Shown in pieces: positions 1 to 10,200 of a stretch of 64,000 nucleotides of DNA. Source of the DNA: an uncultured virus (IMG/VR IMGVR_UViG_3300044716_000940) (lineage: Duplodnaviria > Heunggongvirae > Uroviricota > Caudoviricetes); IMG/VR virus record IMGVR_UViG_3300044716_000940, one strand, 5' to 3'. The notes beneath the pieces are model-generated. The model had not been told where the DNA came from. It worked only from the letters and a program-made list of their open reading frames with translations, and searched no databases. Position 1 is the first letter of the stretch; every line of letters starts with the position of its first letter. Both the position numbers and the translations under genes were made by a program.

Positions 1-354
1 CAAAACTAAGAAGTCTAGACGCTTTTCAATAATATCTGGATACGCACTGCTTACTAAGTCAACGGTTAATACAGGCGGCACAGACTGAGATCTGATCGCG
101 TCAATAATCTCGTTCGATATGTTTGCGATAACCAATTGAATGCGAGGTAATCGCTCACCTGTATCTGAAGGTAGATTTAGTTTAAATGGAAATGGTTGAT
201 ATTCTATGCCATTGCTTACAAAGACTTCATTATTGTTTACAAGATGTAAAGGCGGGTTGCCAAGCGTTTCTATAGTCAGTAGATAGAACCAAGCGACCGA
301 TGAGCTGGTGGCTTGGATATCGGCTTGATTTTGTGGGCTCACCATACGACTCAT
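1..354 (-). CDS. Minor tail protein, DUF1833-like (partial, runs off window)
   Basis: Open frame MSRMVSPQ...LHLVNNNEVFVSNGIEYQPFPFKLNLP; ATG overlaps upstream TGA; follows the distal tail gene. Confidence 0.65.
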   Translation of the reverse strand, partial: MSRMVSPQNQADIQATSSSVAWFYLLTIETLGNPPLHLVNNNEVFVSNGIEYQPFPFKLNLPSDTGERLPRIQLVIANISNEIIDAIRSQSVPPVLTVDLVSSAYPDIIEKRLDFLVL

Positions 355-722
355 AGCGTCACCCAAGCAGGCATCTGCTCCCACTTCATCTGGACTTGAA
401 AGATATTCTTATCAATCCATTGAATCTGTGGAGGTGCTGAACAACGCACTACCATTTCTTTACCATCTTGTGGCCGTTTAATCCGAGTAGGAATAGCGCC
501 ACCTTGTTGGGCAACTCTAAACCACTCGATAAACGCGTCGTATTGTGGAGCTTTAAGTGTTAAAGTAGTATCCATAGTCCTTACAAGACCGGTTGTCCTA
601 CGTCTAACTTTTACTTCCATATCATCCATAGAGCTACGAATGGTATTTGCGGAGTAAGTCTCATTCCATTTTTGCATACAACCATCGATCTCTGCTGGAC
701 GTGGTGCAATTACTAATGCCAT
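351..722 (-). CDS. Distal tail / minor tail protein
   Basis: 123 aa directly after tape measure; IRSSMD..KVRRR motif typical of siphovirus minor tail proteins. Confidence 0.6.
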   Translation of the reverse strand: MALVIAPRPAEIDGCMQKWNETYSANTIRSSMDDMEVKVRRRTTGLVRTMDTTLTLKAPQYDAFIEWFRVAQQGGAIPTRIKRPQDGKEMVVRCSAPPQIQWIDKNIFQVQMKWEQMPAWVTL

Positions 723-731
723 ATATTCTCC

Positions 732-3041
732 TTATGCCGCAGAACGGATTAAACCGTAAGAGGCACGCATAGATTTATCCATTGCGCCTGTGCCAAATAA
801 CTCTTTAACTTTTTTCTCAATCATAATATCGATAGTCTTTGAGCCATCTCCGTTGGTTGTTTCAGAAGTCTTCACAGTAGCGTCTGCACTATTATATACA
901 TTCACAATCGTTTCAGGAGGCTCCATGCTACCGCCGGCTTGAACGCCGAGTTGGCCGTTAGCACCGCGCTTAAGAGGTAGAATAGCTTCAGGACCTGCTT
1001 CGCCCATCAAACCATTGCGTGTGCCAAACGTACCACCATTAGCAAATTTAAAGAGAGTCGGCTCGGTGTAAACACCTTGTTTAAGAGACGTACCGCCTTC
1101 AAACGAGCCACCTTTAGCAAAGCCAAGGAAAGAGCCAAATGGTGTATTAGCCATAGACATTTTAATCGCTTTAAGAATCATCATTTGCACGATCATTTTG
1201 GCGATAGAGCGTAGGAAATTCTCAGCGAACTGTTGGAACGTTTGATCTGCTTCAAACAAGACATCAGTTAAATCACTAACGCTATTGCTCAACGTATTAC
1301 CAATTGCAACGCCGATTTCGTCTAGCGCACTTTTAGTTTTTTGAGTTTTATCCATTGCTTCGTTTACTTTGTCAGCCAACTCAAACTGCTTGTCTGCATA
1401 TTGATTAAAGGTAAGATAACCTTTTTCATAAGCCTCTGACAGTTTATTTAGCTCTGCAGTATATTGATTTAGCGGGTTTAACGAATCTTGTACGGTTTTT
1501 GCGTAAGCTTTAAGCGCAGTATCAGCAGGATCAATAGACTCTTTAAGTGCTTTAATATCTGCTGTAAGTTTCTGAGCCCATGTGCTATTAGGTGGAGCCT
1601 TCGCTAATAATGCCTCAAGATATTTAATCTTTGGCGTGATTAAGTCCATCTCTTCGCGAGCTTTTTTTAAGCCTTCAACGAAATTATCCCAAGCCTCGTT
1701 TTTCTTTGCTTTAACTGGAGGAGGAGTATTAAATTTTCCTTGCTGACTTGCACCGTTTTCGATGTCTTGAGCCATTGCTTGGTTAAGCTCTCTTTGACGC
1801 TTGCGCTCTCTATCCGTTGCGGATTCAATAAGACCAAGCGCGCCTAATGCGGTGTTTAATAGCTGATCCCAATAGGTTTTACCATTGCTTAATTCAAAGT
1901 TATAATCCTTTTGAGCACCTAAAAGCTTAGCATACGAGCCAAAAAGCTCTTGGCCAACTTGAATACTAAAGATGCCGATTACTTTATCCGTAATTACTTT
2001 ACTGACATCGACTAATTCTCTTTTCATAAAGCTCAAGAAATCATCCCACGCTGTTTTAGTTTCTGGTGCGGGTGCGCTAGTCTCGATTGCTTTACCAAGC
2101 TGTGTAAACATTGATACAACTGTTTTTGTATCTTGAATCATTAACGTAAACAGCTCGTCCAAGATTCCAGTTAATGCGGTAAAAGATTTTCCAATGCCTT
2201 CGTTAAGACTGGTTGCTTCAGCAAAATCAACTCTAAATTTAAACCAAGAGTTAGACATCCTGTTAATAGCTTTTTCCATAGTAAGAGGCATTTGTGCATA
2301 CTCTTGTGCTACTAGTGGCGCTATACCAAGCAATGCGTCTCGTAATATTTGAGAAGTAACTTTACCTTCTGCAGCAAGCTTTCTAAGCTCACCTGTTGTG
2401 CCTTCGGTCGCTTGACCAATAGACTTCATGTACTGCGCGATTTTCTGAGCAATCAGCGGTTGTCTTTCAAGCAGCGAGATTAACTCATCGCCTCTTAAAA
2501 CACCAGAGCCTAACGCTTGAGAGAACTGAAAGATAGCTCCAGTTGCTTCTTGAATAGAGCCGCCTTGAGCACCCAGTTTTAAGAAGGTTGTAGTGATTGT
2601 CTCAATTTCATCATTACTTGCGCCTAATTGGAGAAGACCAATCGACATACGGCGAAGTGCGTCAGCTGTTTGTGGAATAGAAGTACCGAGCTCATTAGAG
2701 ATCCGCATTACTCTGCCCATTATATCAGCAGCACGCTCTCCACTGCCAAACACGCCTTTAAACGACGACTCAAGATTTCTAAGCTGATCACGAGGAGCAG
2801 CGAGAGTTTTGAACGCATTAAAAGCTGTTGTCACAACTCCCATTGCATTACCAACGCCGGCTATGGCTTGGTTAAACTGGAGCAATGGCCCCATAAAACC
2901 GCCGAGCGTTTTCTCAACCGTCTTTGATGCTGAGCCGAAAGAGTTTAACGACTTTGTGGCTTGCGCCATTCCTTTATCAAAGGCTGCTGTTTGCGCTTCT
3001 AGTGTGACGACTAGTGCGCCGATATCTGCTTGTCCAGCCAT
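732..3041 (-). CDS. Tail tape measure protein
   Basis: 769 aa helical protein; QALGSGVLRGDELISLLE tape-measure motif and C-terminal MGEAGPEAILPL. Confidence 0.9.
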   Translation of the reverse strand: MAGQADIGALVVTLEAQTAAFDKGMAQATKSLNSFGSASKTVEKTLGGFMGPLLQFNQAIAGVGNAMGVVTTAFNAFKTLAAPRDQLRNLESSFKGVFGSGERAADIMGRVMRISNELGTSIPQTADALRRMSIGLLQLGASNDEIETITTTFLKLGAQGGSIQEATGAIFQFSQALGSGVLRGDELISLLERQPLIAQKIAQYMKSIGQATEGTTGELRKLAAEGKVTSQILRDALLGIAPLVAQEYAQMPLTMEKAINRMSNSWFKFRVDFAEATSLNEGIGKSFTALTGILDELFTLMIQDTKTVVSMFTQLGKAIETSAPAPETKTAWDDFLSFMKRELVDVSKVITDKVIGIFSIQVGQELFGSYAKLLGAQKDYNFELSNGKTYWDQLLNTALGALGLIESATDRERKRQRELNQAMAQDIENGASQQGKFNTPPPVKAKKNEAWDNFVEGLKKAREEMDLITPKIKYLEALLAKAPPNSTWAQKLTADIKALKESIDPADTALKAYAKTVQDSLNPLNQYTAELNKLSEAYEKGYLTFNQYADKQFELADKVNEAMDKTQKTKSALDEIGVAIGNTLSNSVSDLTDVLFEADQTFQQFAENFLRSIAKMIVQMMILKAIKMSMANTPFGSFLGFAKGGSFEGGTSLKQGVYTEPTLFKFANGGTFGTRNGLMGEAGPEAILPLKRGANGQLGVQAGGSMEPPETIVNVYNSADATVKTSETTNGDGSKTIDIMIEKKVKELFGTGAMDKSMRASYGLIRSAA

Positions 3042-3043
3042 TG

Positions 3044-3502
3044 TTATCTCCTTCGTTTATACCCACCGTAAACCGCCATTCGGCCTGCAGTTTTAAATAA
3101 TTCTATCTTCATACCTTGGATCATTAGCTCTGCGATCTCGCGCTTATGGCGAGCCCATGTTTGAGCAATGCCTGTGCCTTGAGTATCCCAAGTTCCAGTA
3201 GAAGCTTTTACTTGGGTGCCATCCTTGCGCTGATACGCTTTACGGCCAACATCCAATGTTTTATAATATTGGCGAGTATTCAAACCAACTTTTACTTTAT
3301 TATTTCCCATATACTTCATGGTAATAGATTTACGTAATAAGCCTTTTGTTCCTTTCGGAGCGGCTCTACGCATATACGTGCGAAGGCGAGAACCGGCCAT
3401 ACGAACACCGGCTCTCACGATCTGTTTATTGACCACCTCTGGTAAATTCTTCATAGCTTTTAAAAGCTGCTCCATCCCGTCTAGTTGATAGGTTACACTC
3501 AT
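3044..3502 (-). CDS. HK97 gp10-like tail completion protein
   Basis: Basic 152 aa with GMEQLLKAMKNL...AP..KGLLRKSI pattern. Confidence 0.65.
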   Translation of the reverse strand: MSVTYQLDGMEQLLKAMKNLPEVVNKQIVRAGVRMAGSRLRTYMRRAAPKGTKGLLRKSITMKYMGNNKVKVGLNTRQYYKTLDVGRKAYQRKDGTQVKASTGTWDTQGTGIAQTWARHKREIAELMIQGMKIELFKTAGRMAVYGGYKRRR

Positions 3503-3717
3503 AAAGTTAATCCTTTCACTAGATCTGTTGGGTTGTCGAGCAGATTCTTTTTGCCGCCAAGCTTTTCGTATGTCTCACGCTCTACCGATACACGTCGATA
3601 ATAAGCTAACCAATTATTATATTCAGACATTGGCATTTTTTGCTTTATCTCATATACAGGCATGTGAAGCTGCTCGGCTAAAATATGAAGCCCATACTCA
3701 TGGTCGTTTATTCCTTT
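3499..3717 (-). CDS. Tail assembly chaperone extension (gpGT-like), reached by -1 frameshift
   Basis: Open -1 frame KGINDHEYGLHILAEQLHMPVYEIKQKMPMSEYNNWLAYY...LTL*, beginning at A_AAG just before the upstream stop; its TGA overlaps the next ATG. Confidence 0.65.
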   Translation of the reverse strand, partial: KGINDHEYGLHILAEQLHMPVYEIKQKMPMSEYNNWLAYYRRVSVERETYEKLGGKKNLLDNPTDLVKGLTL

Positions 3718-3965
3718 GACGCAGGTCCTCCAAGACCAGAGATTTCGATAACAGCTGTCATTAACGCCATATAATCGCTTAGTCCTAGGTTTAAGACCTC
3801 ATCGCCTAGTGGTTGGCCATTTTTAAAGATAGAGCCTTTAACTAAACCTAATTGAAAGGCTTTAGGATCTTTTTCCATTAAATCCATAATAGGAAATAAG
3901 ACGCCTACAGTTGGCTCACGTAATTCATATACACCGCTTTCGAGTGTCATTGTTTTTGTTTTCAT
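3708..3965 (-). CDS. Tail assembly chaperone (gpG-like)
   Basis: 85 aa between tail tube and tape measure genes. Confidence 0.65.
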   Translation of the reverse strand: MKTKTMTLESGVYELREPTVGVLFPIMDLMEKDPKAFQLGLVKGSIFKNGQPLGDEVLNLGLSDYMALMTAVIEISGLGGPASKE

Positions 3966-3984
3966 AGTGCTCTCACTTTTAACG

Positions 3985-4052
3985 GCTCACCAAATAAAAG
4001 ACATGACCAGGAATGGGTGAGCAACATTCTTTTCGCTTGCGCTAGGTCAGTC
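3985..4052 (-). ncRNA. Candidate c4-like three-way-junction RNA
   Basis: Minus strand GACUGACC(U)AG/CUGGUCA(U)GUC outer stem, GC-GCAA-GC hairpin, GAAUG-UUGCUCACC-CAUUC hairpin; loop complementary to downstream GGUGAGC. Confidence 0.45.
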
Positions 4053-4098
4053 AAAAGTATACTACTCTAATCCACTCAGAGAATGGACTAGATAGATT
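4053..4098 (-). terminator. Terminator-like hairpin after tail tube gene
   Basis: UCUAGUCCAUUC-UCU-GAGUGGAUUAGA stem then AUACUUUU; near-identical to the hairpin after the capsid gene. Confidence 0.6.
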
Positions 4099-4108
4099 AC
4101 CTAAATAA

Positions 4109-4759
4109 TCAGAAACGGTGAGCTGGCTTAGAGCCGAGCGTCGCTGTACCAGTGAAACTGATAGCACCATCTAAAGGCAATTCCCACGTAATCTGACTTA
4201 CAATGATAGGTGCTACAATGTAGCCGTTGTTTGGCAACTCAATGCGGATTAAGCGGCTTAAACCATCTTCAGTCGCTGTTAACAACGCTGGATAGTCTTC
4301 AGAAGAAATATCCACATAGCCGCCGATAGTTAATGTACCAGCTTGAACTACCACTGAAGGGATAGATGCTGTTGGGTCGCAATATGTACCTACAGAAACA
4401 GTACCAGGAGTCTCAGCATTGATTGCCAAAGCATTCAAGCAGAGGTTGGTGAATTCTGTAAATACCTTAGCTGTACCGGTAAACACTGTTGGAGGCGTGA
4501 CACCAGTAGTATCAGCACCGATCAGTTCGATCTCAGTAGCAGAGGTATTAGGACCGGCAACGAAAGTCTTGCCGTCTAGCTGAACAGCTGTAGTACCGTT
4601 AATGGTGACTAAGTCGCCAACCTTTGCGGTATTAGTTGCAGTAATAATAGTTGGAGCGGTATCACTAATTCCTGTGATAGTCGCTGAAGTGTACGAACCA
4701 GATGTATCCACTGGACCGCTTAGGGCAATGATTACGCCTTTTGACGATTTTGCACTCAT
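4109..4759 (-). CDS. Major tail tube protein
   Basis: Start MSAKSSKG at 4759 behind AAGGAG; beta-rich; located between tail terminator and chaperone genes. Confidence 0.75.
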   Translation of the reverse strand: MSAKSSKGVIIALSGPVDTSGSYTSATITGISDTAPTIITATNTAKVGDLVTINGTTAVQLDGKTFVAGPNTSATEIELIGADTTGVTPPTVFTGTAKVFTEFTNLCLNALAINAETPGTVSVGTYCDPTASIPSVVVQAGTLTIGGYVDISSEDYPALLTATEDGLSRLIRIELPNNGYIVAPIIVSQITWELPLDGAISFTGTATLGSKPAHRF

Positions 4760-4769
4760 GTAATTCTCC

Positions 4770-5165
4770 TTAGTTAAACAAGTAAATGTATTCAATACCT
4801 ACAACTACTTGGTAATATTTATTAGCGTCACCACCAGAAAATTCTTCCGGCGCTTGATCGTTTAATAGTGTAAGTTTCCCAGATGGGTCACGGTTGTTCA
4901 TAAATTTAGCGGCAAGTTCTGTTGCATACTCTAGCACATCAGTATCGCCTGTACCAGGTTGGCCTGAAATAATAATATCAATAACGCCATGCTCTTCTTG
5001 ACTATTGCAATAGCTTGACGTATCTGTGTATTCATGGCTAAATTCAACAGTGCACCAAAACCTATCTTGAGGATCTTCTTCTACGTTGATCGTCTCATAG
5101 TAAGGAACTGGAGCGTCTGCTTGTATCCATTCACGAGCCATATCTCGAACATATTTTCTAGACAT
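4770..5165 (-). CDS. Tail terminator protein (probable)
   Basis: Acidic 131 aa preceding tail tube; GVIDIII..QPGTG pattern. Confidence 0.55.
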   Translation of the reverse strand: MSRKYVRDMAREWIQADAPVPYYETINVEEDPQDRFWCTVEFSHEYTDTSSYCNSQEEHGVIDIIISGQPGTGDTDVLEYATELAAKFMNNRDPSGKLTLLNDQAPEEFSGGDANKYYQVVVGIEYIYLFN

Positions 5166-5503
5166 TATTTACCTCGTGTAGTTATCTTATAGCCAACAAT
5201 TGTATCATTCATTCGAACAGGCGTTACCGTTTCAGCAATAAACCTTTCGCCATTGACGGTAAATGAATCAAACTTTTCAGGCGTTACGCTTGAGAAATCT
5301 CTTGCTTTCGCAGTGATCGTCTTACCGGCAAGTGCGTATGAATTGACATTGTTCTGGTCATCATTACCCATCTTAGAAAAGCCTACTCGCAGCGTTTTAG
5401 TGGTATCTGTTTTCACATTTACCCAAACAGCTTGGGTGCCTAGCAAATCTATCACAGCGTTAAACGCCATATCGATAGTGCCGTATAGTCGATCAGTTAG
5501 CAT
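5165..5503 (-). CDS. Head-tail joining/closure protein (probable)
   Basis: 112 aa beta-rich; synteny after the connector gene. Confidence 0.5.
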   Translation of the reverse strand: MLTDRLYGTIDMAFNAVIDLLGTQAVWVNVKTDTTKTLRVGFSKMGNDDQNNVNSYALAGKTITAKARDFSSVTPEKFDSFTVNGERFIAETVTPVRMNDTIVGYKITTRGK

Positions 5504-6114
5504 GAGTGGTCCTTATAGTTATCTAATAACATAAAGAAAGGACCAAAGCGACCCCATAACGCATTCTGGGCAGCCACAGCACTTGTAGTCGTCGATGAAG
5601 ATGTGCTAGCAAATGACACTGTGCCTACATCAGGAATATTTATGGATGATATGTCTCCATAGCCTGTGCCACTACCTCCGCTAATACCTTCACCAGACAT
5701 TGCTTTATCAATAGAGGCAAATGTAGCGTCGAAGATACCCCAGAGCGCAAGCTCTAAGTCAGCTGGAAATACTCTATAACCAGCGGTATAAGTTATTTCT
5801 AACTCTTCTGCATAGTTATAGTTCTTAAGCTCAATACGACCAATTAAATGGTGAGTGCGATACTCAGGAAAGTTACCATCTGAGTCTATCACTTCTATGA
5901 CTTCTTCAATTGGATATCTTTTTAATGAATATCTCTTTGAGGCTTCATAATAAAATCTAGCCTTTTCAGCTTCAACCCAAACAAAATATCGATCTGTATA
6001 GTTTTCAGCAACGGCTAGTGCGGCATTAATAGAGCCAATAAGCTGTGCGTCTTTAGACGTATCGTCAGCAGGCAGGCCAACTCTAACACGAGCTGATTTT
6101 AAATCAAAACTCAT
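5497..6114 (-). CDS. Head-tail connector (HK97 gp6/SPP1 gp15-like)
   Basis: D.QL...INAALAVAENYTDRYF and ITYTAGY...PADLELA motifs. Confidence 0.75.
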   Translation of the reverse strand: MSFDLKSARVRVGLPADDTSKDAQLIGSINAALAVAENYTDRYFVWVEAEKARFYYEASKRYSLKRYPIEEVIEVIDSDGNFPEYRTHHLIGRIELKNYNYAEELEITYTAGYRVFPADLELALWGIFDATFASIDKAMSGEGISGGSGTGYGDISSINIPDVGTVSFASTSSSTTTSAVAAQNALWGRFGPFFMLLDNYKDHSC

Positions 6115-6123
6115 AGGGCCTCC

Positions 6124-7176
6124 TTATGGCGAATTGGCGGTAATATCACCGTTAGCAATAATAGTATTAAACCGTACGTCGGTATTTATAGTAGCCTTAG
6201 TTGGCATTGCGGCTTCAAGAGCTGCTACACGAGCGGCTAGCGCGTCGAAGACAGCTTGAGTTATTTCGCCAGCAGGACCTTGTGGGCCTGTAGCACCTGT
6301 CTCGCCTTGAATACCTTGTATACCTTGCGGGCCAGCAACAGTTGAGTCGGCGCCAGTAAGACCAATAGGTCCTTGTGGCCCAACCTCTCCTTGAATACCT
6401 TGAATTCCTTGGTCGCCTTTAGCTCCTTGCGGGCCAACGTCACCTTGCGGACCAACATCACCTTTGTCGCCTTTAGCGCCAGTAGGACCTTGCGCGCCAG
6501 TATCTCCTTTAACGCCTTGCGGACCGACAACTCCCTGTTCGCCTTGTGGGCCAACAATCTTGCCTGCATCTTCAAAAGCATTTAGTGCACTATCCCATAC
6601 CCAAGCGTGTTGCGTATCTTCGAGTATGTATAGGTCACCATGAGTTGCTGTCGCAGGAAGGTCGCCTTGCGTCGCCACGCGAGCAATGAATGTGATACCT
6701 AATCCGGGAATACCTTGAATGCCTTGAGGCCCTTGTGGACCTATAGGACCTTGTGGACCTTGCGGACCGGGCACAATAGATGAAGCGCCAGTAGCGCCTT
6801 GCGGACCGGCTGGTCCTGTATTACCTTGCACACCTTGCGGGCCCATAGGACCGGCGTCGCCAGTAGGACCTACAGGACCGGCTGGGCCTTGTGGACCAGC
6901 ATCGCCTTTAGGACCTTGAACTGGGCCTGTGTTTTGCCATTCAACGCCGTTCCAAACCCATAGCTCGCCATTAATAAGCCAGCCATCGCCAAACTCACCA
7001 GTAGGTGGGAGTTCGGATTGAGAGTTTAAATTACCGTTGATTGTTATACCTACACCAGGAGGGCCAGCTGGACCTTGAGGACCAGTGGGACCAGCGGGAC
7101 CTTCCGGACCTGCAGGACCTTCCGGACCTTGCGGCAAATTATTTAAATCATTAAAATTGTCAGGATATCCAGACAT
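6124..7176 (-). CDS. Collagen-like fibre protein
   Basis: Long Gly-X-Y tracts separated by short W-rich modules; C-terminal ANGDITAN. Confidence 0.85.
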   Translation of the reverse strand: MSGYPDNFNDLNNLPQGPEGPAGPEGPAGPTGPQGPAGPPGVGITINGNLNSQSELPPTGEFGDGWLINGELWVWNGVEWQNTGPVQGPKGDAGPQGPAGPVGPTGDAGPMGPQGVQGNTGPAGPQGATGASSIVPGPQGPQGPIGPQGPQGIQGIPGLGITFIARVATQGDLPATATHGDLYILEDTQHAWVWDSALNAFEDAGKIVGPQGEQGVVGPQGVKGDTGAQGPTGAKGDKGDVGPQGDVGPQGAKGDQGIQGIQGEVGPQGPIGLTGADSTVAGPQGIQGIQGETGATGPQGPAGEITQAVFDALAARVAALEAAMPTKATINTDVRFNTIIANGDITANSP

Positions 7177-7244
7177 AGACTTCTCCTATAATATGGGTAG
7201 GACACCGCTAACTTTCGCTAGCGGCGCCATTCTCAATAACTCTA

Positions 7245-10200
7245 TTACACTGGGGCTGTTACAGTCACAGGTGCGGTTACGGGTTTACTCAACTCGTTTG
7301 GAGTGAAAGTAATCGTATACGTTCCAGCTGTGGTATAAGCATAAGTGCCAGTACCGTCAGTTGTTGTTATCGAACCTTCTGGAACAGCAGGAACACCTGG
7401 CGTAATCACCGTAACTCCATCTACGTCTAATACAGGAGGAATCTCAGCTACAGCATTACCAAATGTATACGTTCCGCCACATGGGATATCAAGCGCCAGT
7501 GAGACGCTTAAATTAGTAGGTGTTGGAGTAATTACATATGGAATACTTGCGTGTGAGATAAACTCAACAGTCGCTTCGTAGTTGTGATCGTCAGGAACGT
7601 AACGGATAGTAAACGTGCCATCGCGAGTATAAGCATAAGTGCCTGTACCGTCTGCACTGACTAGCGTGCCTTCTGGAACCGCTGGAATAGCCGGAACTTC
7701 TGGAACTTCAGGAGTAATAATCGTTACACCATCTTCACCTAATACAGGAGGTTGATATGGAGTGCCAGGAACTTCTGGAACGCCATCACTGAAGTAATAC
7801 ACACCAGGAAGAGCTGGCGAAGAAGCCAACGTAGCCGTTCTATCATCACGAGATGCGGTGATAGAGTATGTAGTGCGAGCAGGAGCGGTCACAGCTAAAG
7901 TGACAGGCTTGCTTAACTCATTAGGCTCAAACGTAATAGTGTAATCACCCGGACGAGGATAAGTATACTCAGCAATACCATTCGTAGTCGCGACGACTCC
8001 TTCAGGAATAGCTGGAGCTGGGACAATATACCAATCGTTATCACTAATCTGCTGAACGTTACCAGTGTCTAACACGTTTAACGCTAAGGTCGAAACAGCA
8101 CCAGTAGCATCATCAGTGAAGGTCACTGTATAAGCGCCAGCGGCTGGGTAAGTAAATACACCTGTTGTATCGACAGTTGCGGCTGGATCGCCATACGAAT
8201 ATGAGCCAGCAGAACGGCCAGACTTTTTAGCATTTAATTGCCTAATAGATCGACTGCCGACTTTGACAACGGAGCGAGAGAAAGCTGTTACACCGTCGTT
8301 CGTAAACGCAAACTTATATGGCACAGGCTCAGGCGTAACGCCGTCAGCACCGATAGTGGCATCTGGCGTGGCGATAATGTGAGCCTTATAGACACCAACA
8401 ATCTCAGCAACTGAGTCACCCATTCTATACTGACCGCCGCATGTCGGAGACAGGCTTAGAGTTTTGTATAAGAAATATTCAGGAGATGAAATCACATACG
8501 GAATACTTGTATGCGCAATAAAGCTCGAAGTAGCTTCATAGTTATGGTCGTCTGGTACATAACGAATTGTGTATGTGCCTTCGCGAGGATAAACATATGA
8601 GCCAGTTCCATCTGCTGAGACAAGAGTGCCTTCAGGAATTGCTGGGACGAGCGGAACAACATCAGTTAAGATTTCATCCGGACTTGTTTGAGCAACTGGG
8701 TCTACATCAGGAACTATTAACGATAACGTAGACACAGCGGCTGTAGCAGTCTCTGTGAACGTCACTGTGTAAGTGCCAGCAACAGTGTAAATCATTTGTG
8801 ATGCACCGTTAGGCGTAGCACTTGTAGTTGCTTCAGCATCTCCAAACGCATAGACACCATCTACACCTGTATCAAAGATAAAGGTAAGTGGAACTGGATC
8901 GTAAGTAGGAGTAGCTGTAATATGTTTCTTATAAACCGCAGGAACTTCCGGAACTTCAGGCACTGAGTCGCCAAAGTAATAAACTCCAGGCAAAGCTGGA
9001 GAAGAACTTAGCGTTGCTGTGCATTCATCCCGTGGAGTAGAGATTGTATATGTCGTACGTTCAATAGCACTTACAGCCAATGTGACAGGAAGACTCAACT
9101 CATTCGGGTAGAATGTGATTGTGTAATCACCAACGCGTGGGTAAGTATATGTAGCAATACCATCGGTAGTAGGAACATTACCAGCAGGAATAGCAGGAAC
9201 TACAGGAACATACGGTGTAAGCTCTTCTGCTGCGCCAGTCTGAGCGACAGGAGCATCATCAACAACTAAAGAAAGATTCGAAACGTTACCTGTTGCGCCA
9301 TCGGTAAAGGTGACAGCATAGGTGCCAGGACCAGGATAAGTGAACACAGCGCCAGTATCAACCGTTGGGACAGAGTCGCCATAGTTGTATGAACCAGCAG
9401 GAGCATTCTCTACACTGAACGTCCACTTATATGGAACAGGCGCAGGCGTTACACCATCAGCACCAATGGTGGCGTCAGGCGTTGCAGTGATTTTGTTCTT
9501 ATAAGTTGCAGGAACTTCTGGGACTTCGGCGACAGAGTCACCCATATCATAGTAGCCACCACATGTAGGAGCAAGACTTAGCGCCTTATACATGAAATAC
9601 TCAGGAGAGCTAATCACATATGGAACGCTTGTATGTGCTATGCAGGTGCCAGTTGGATTATCATTGCCATCGTCAGGAGCGTAACGCACTGTGTAAGTGC
9701 CTTCACGTGGATAGAGGTAAGTGCCAGTGCCGTCAGCAGAAACTAAAGTGCCTTCAGGAATTGCTGGGACCGCTGGAATTAAATCCGTAATAATCTCATC
9801 AGCACTTGTCTGAGTGGCAGTATCACCGTCAGCAACAACTAAACTCAAGTTGGACACAACACCATCATCACGCGTAAACGTAACGGCGTAAGTGCCAACA
9901 GCAGGATATGTAAATGTGCCAGCAGTATCAACGGTTGGAGTTGCATCACCGTAATTCCAAGTGCCTGTAATTCCACCTTCAATAGCGAACGCCCACATAT
10001 ATGGAGTGCCAGCTGTGAAAGTGCCATCACCATTATCTGTGCGATTAGGCGTAGCAGTGATGTGCGGCTTTAACACAGCAGGGACTTCAGGAATCTCAGC
10101 AACCGAGTCACCGAAATAGTAGGTGCCTGGCAGAGCTGGAGACATTGTGAACGTGCCTGTCATTTCACTACGAGAAATAGTCATAGTGTAAAGCGTTGGC

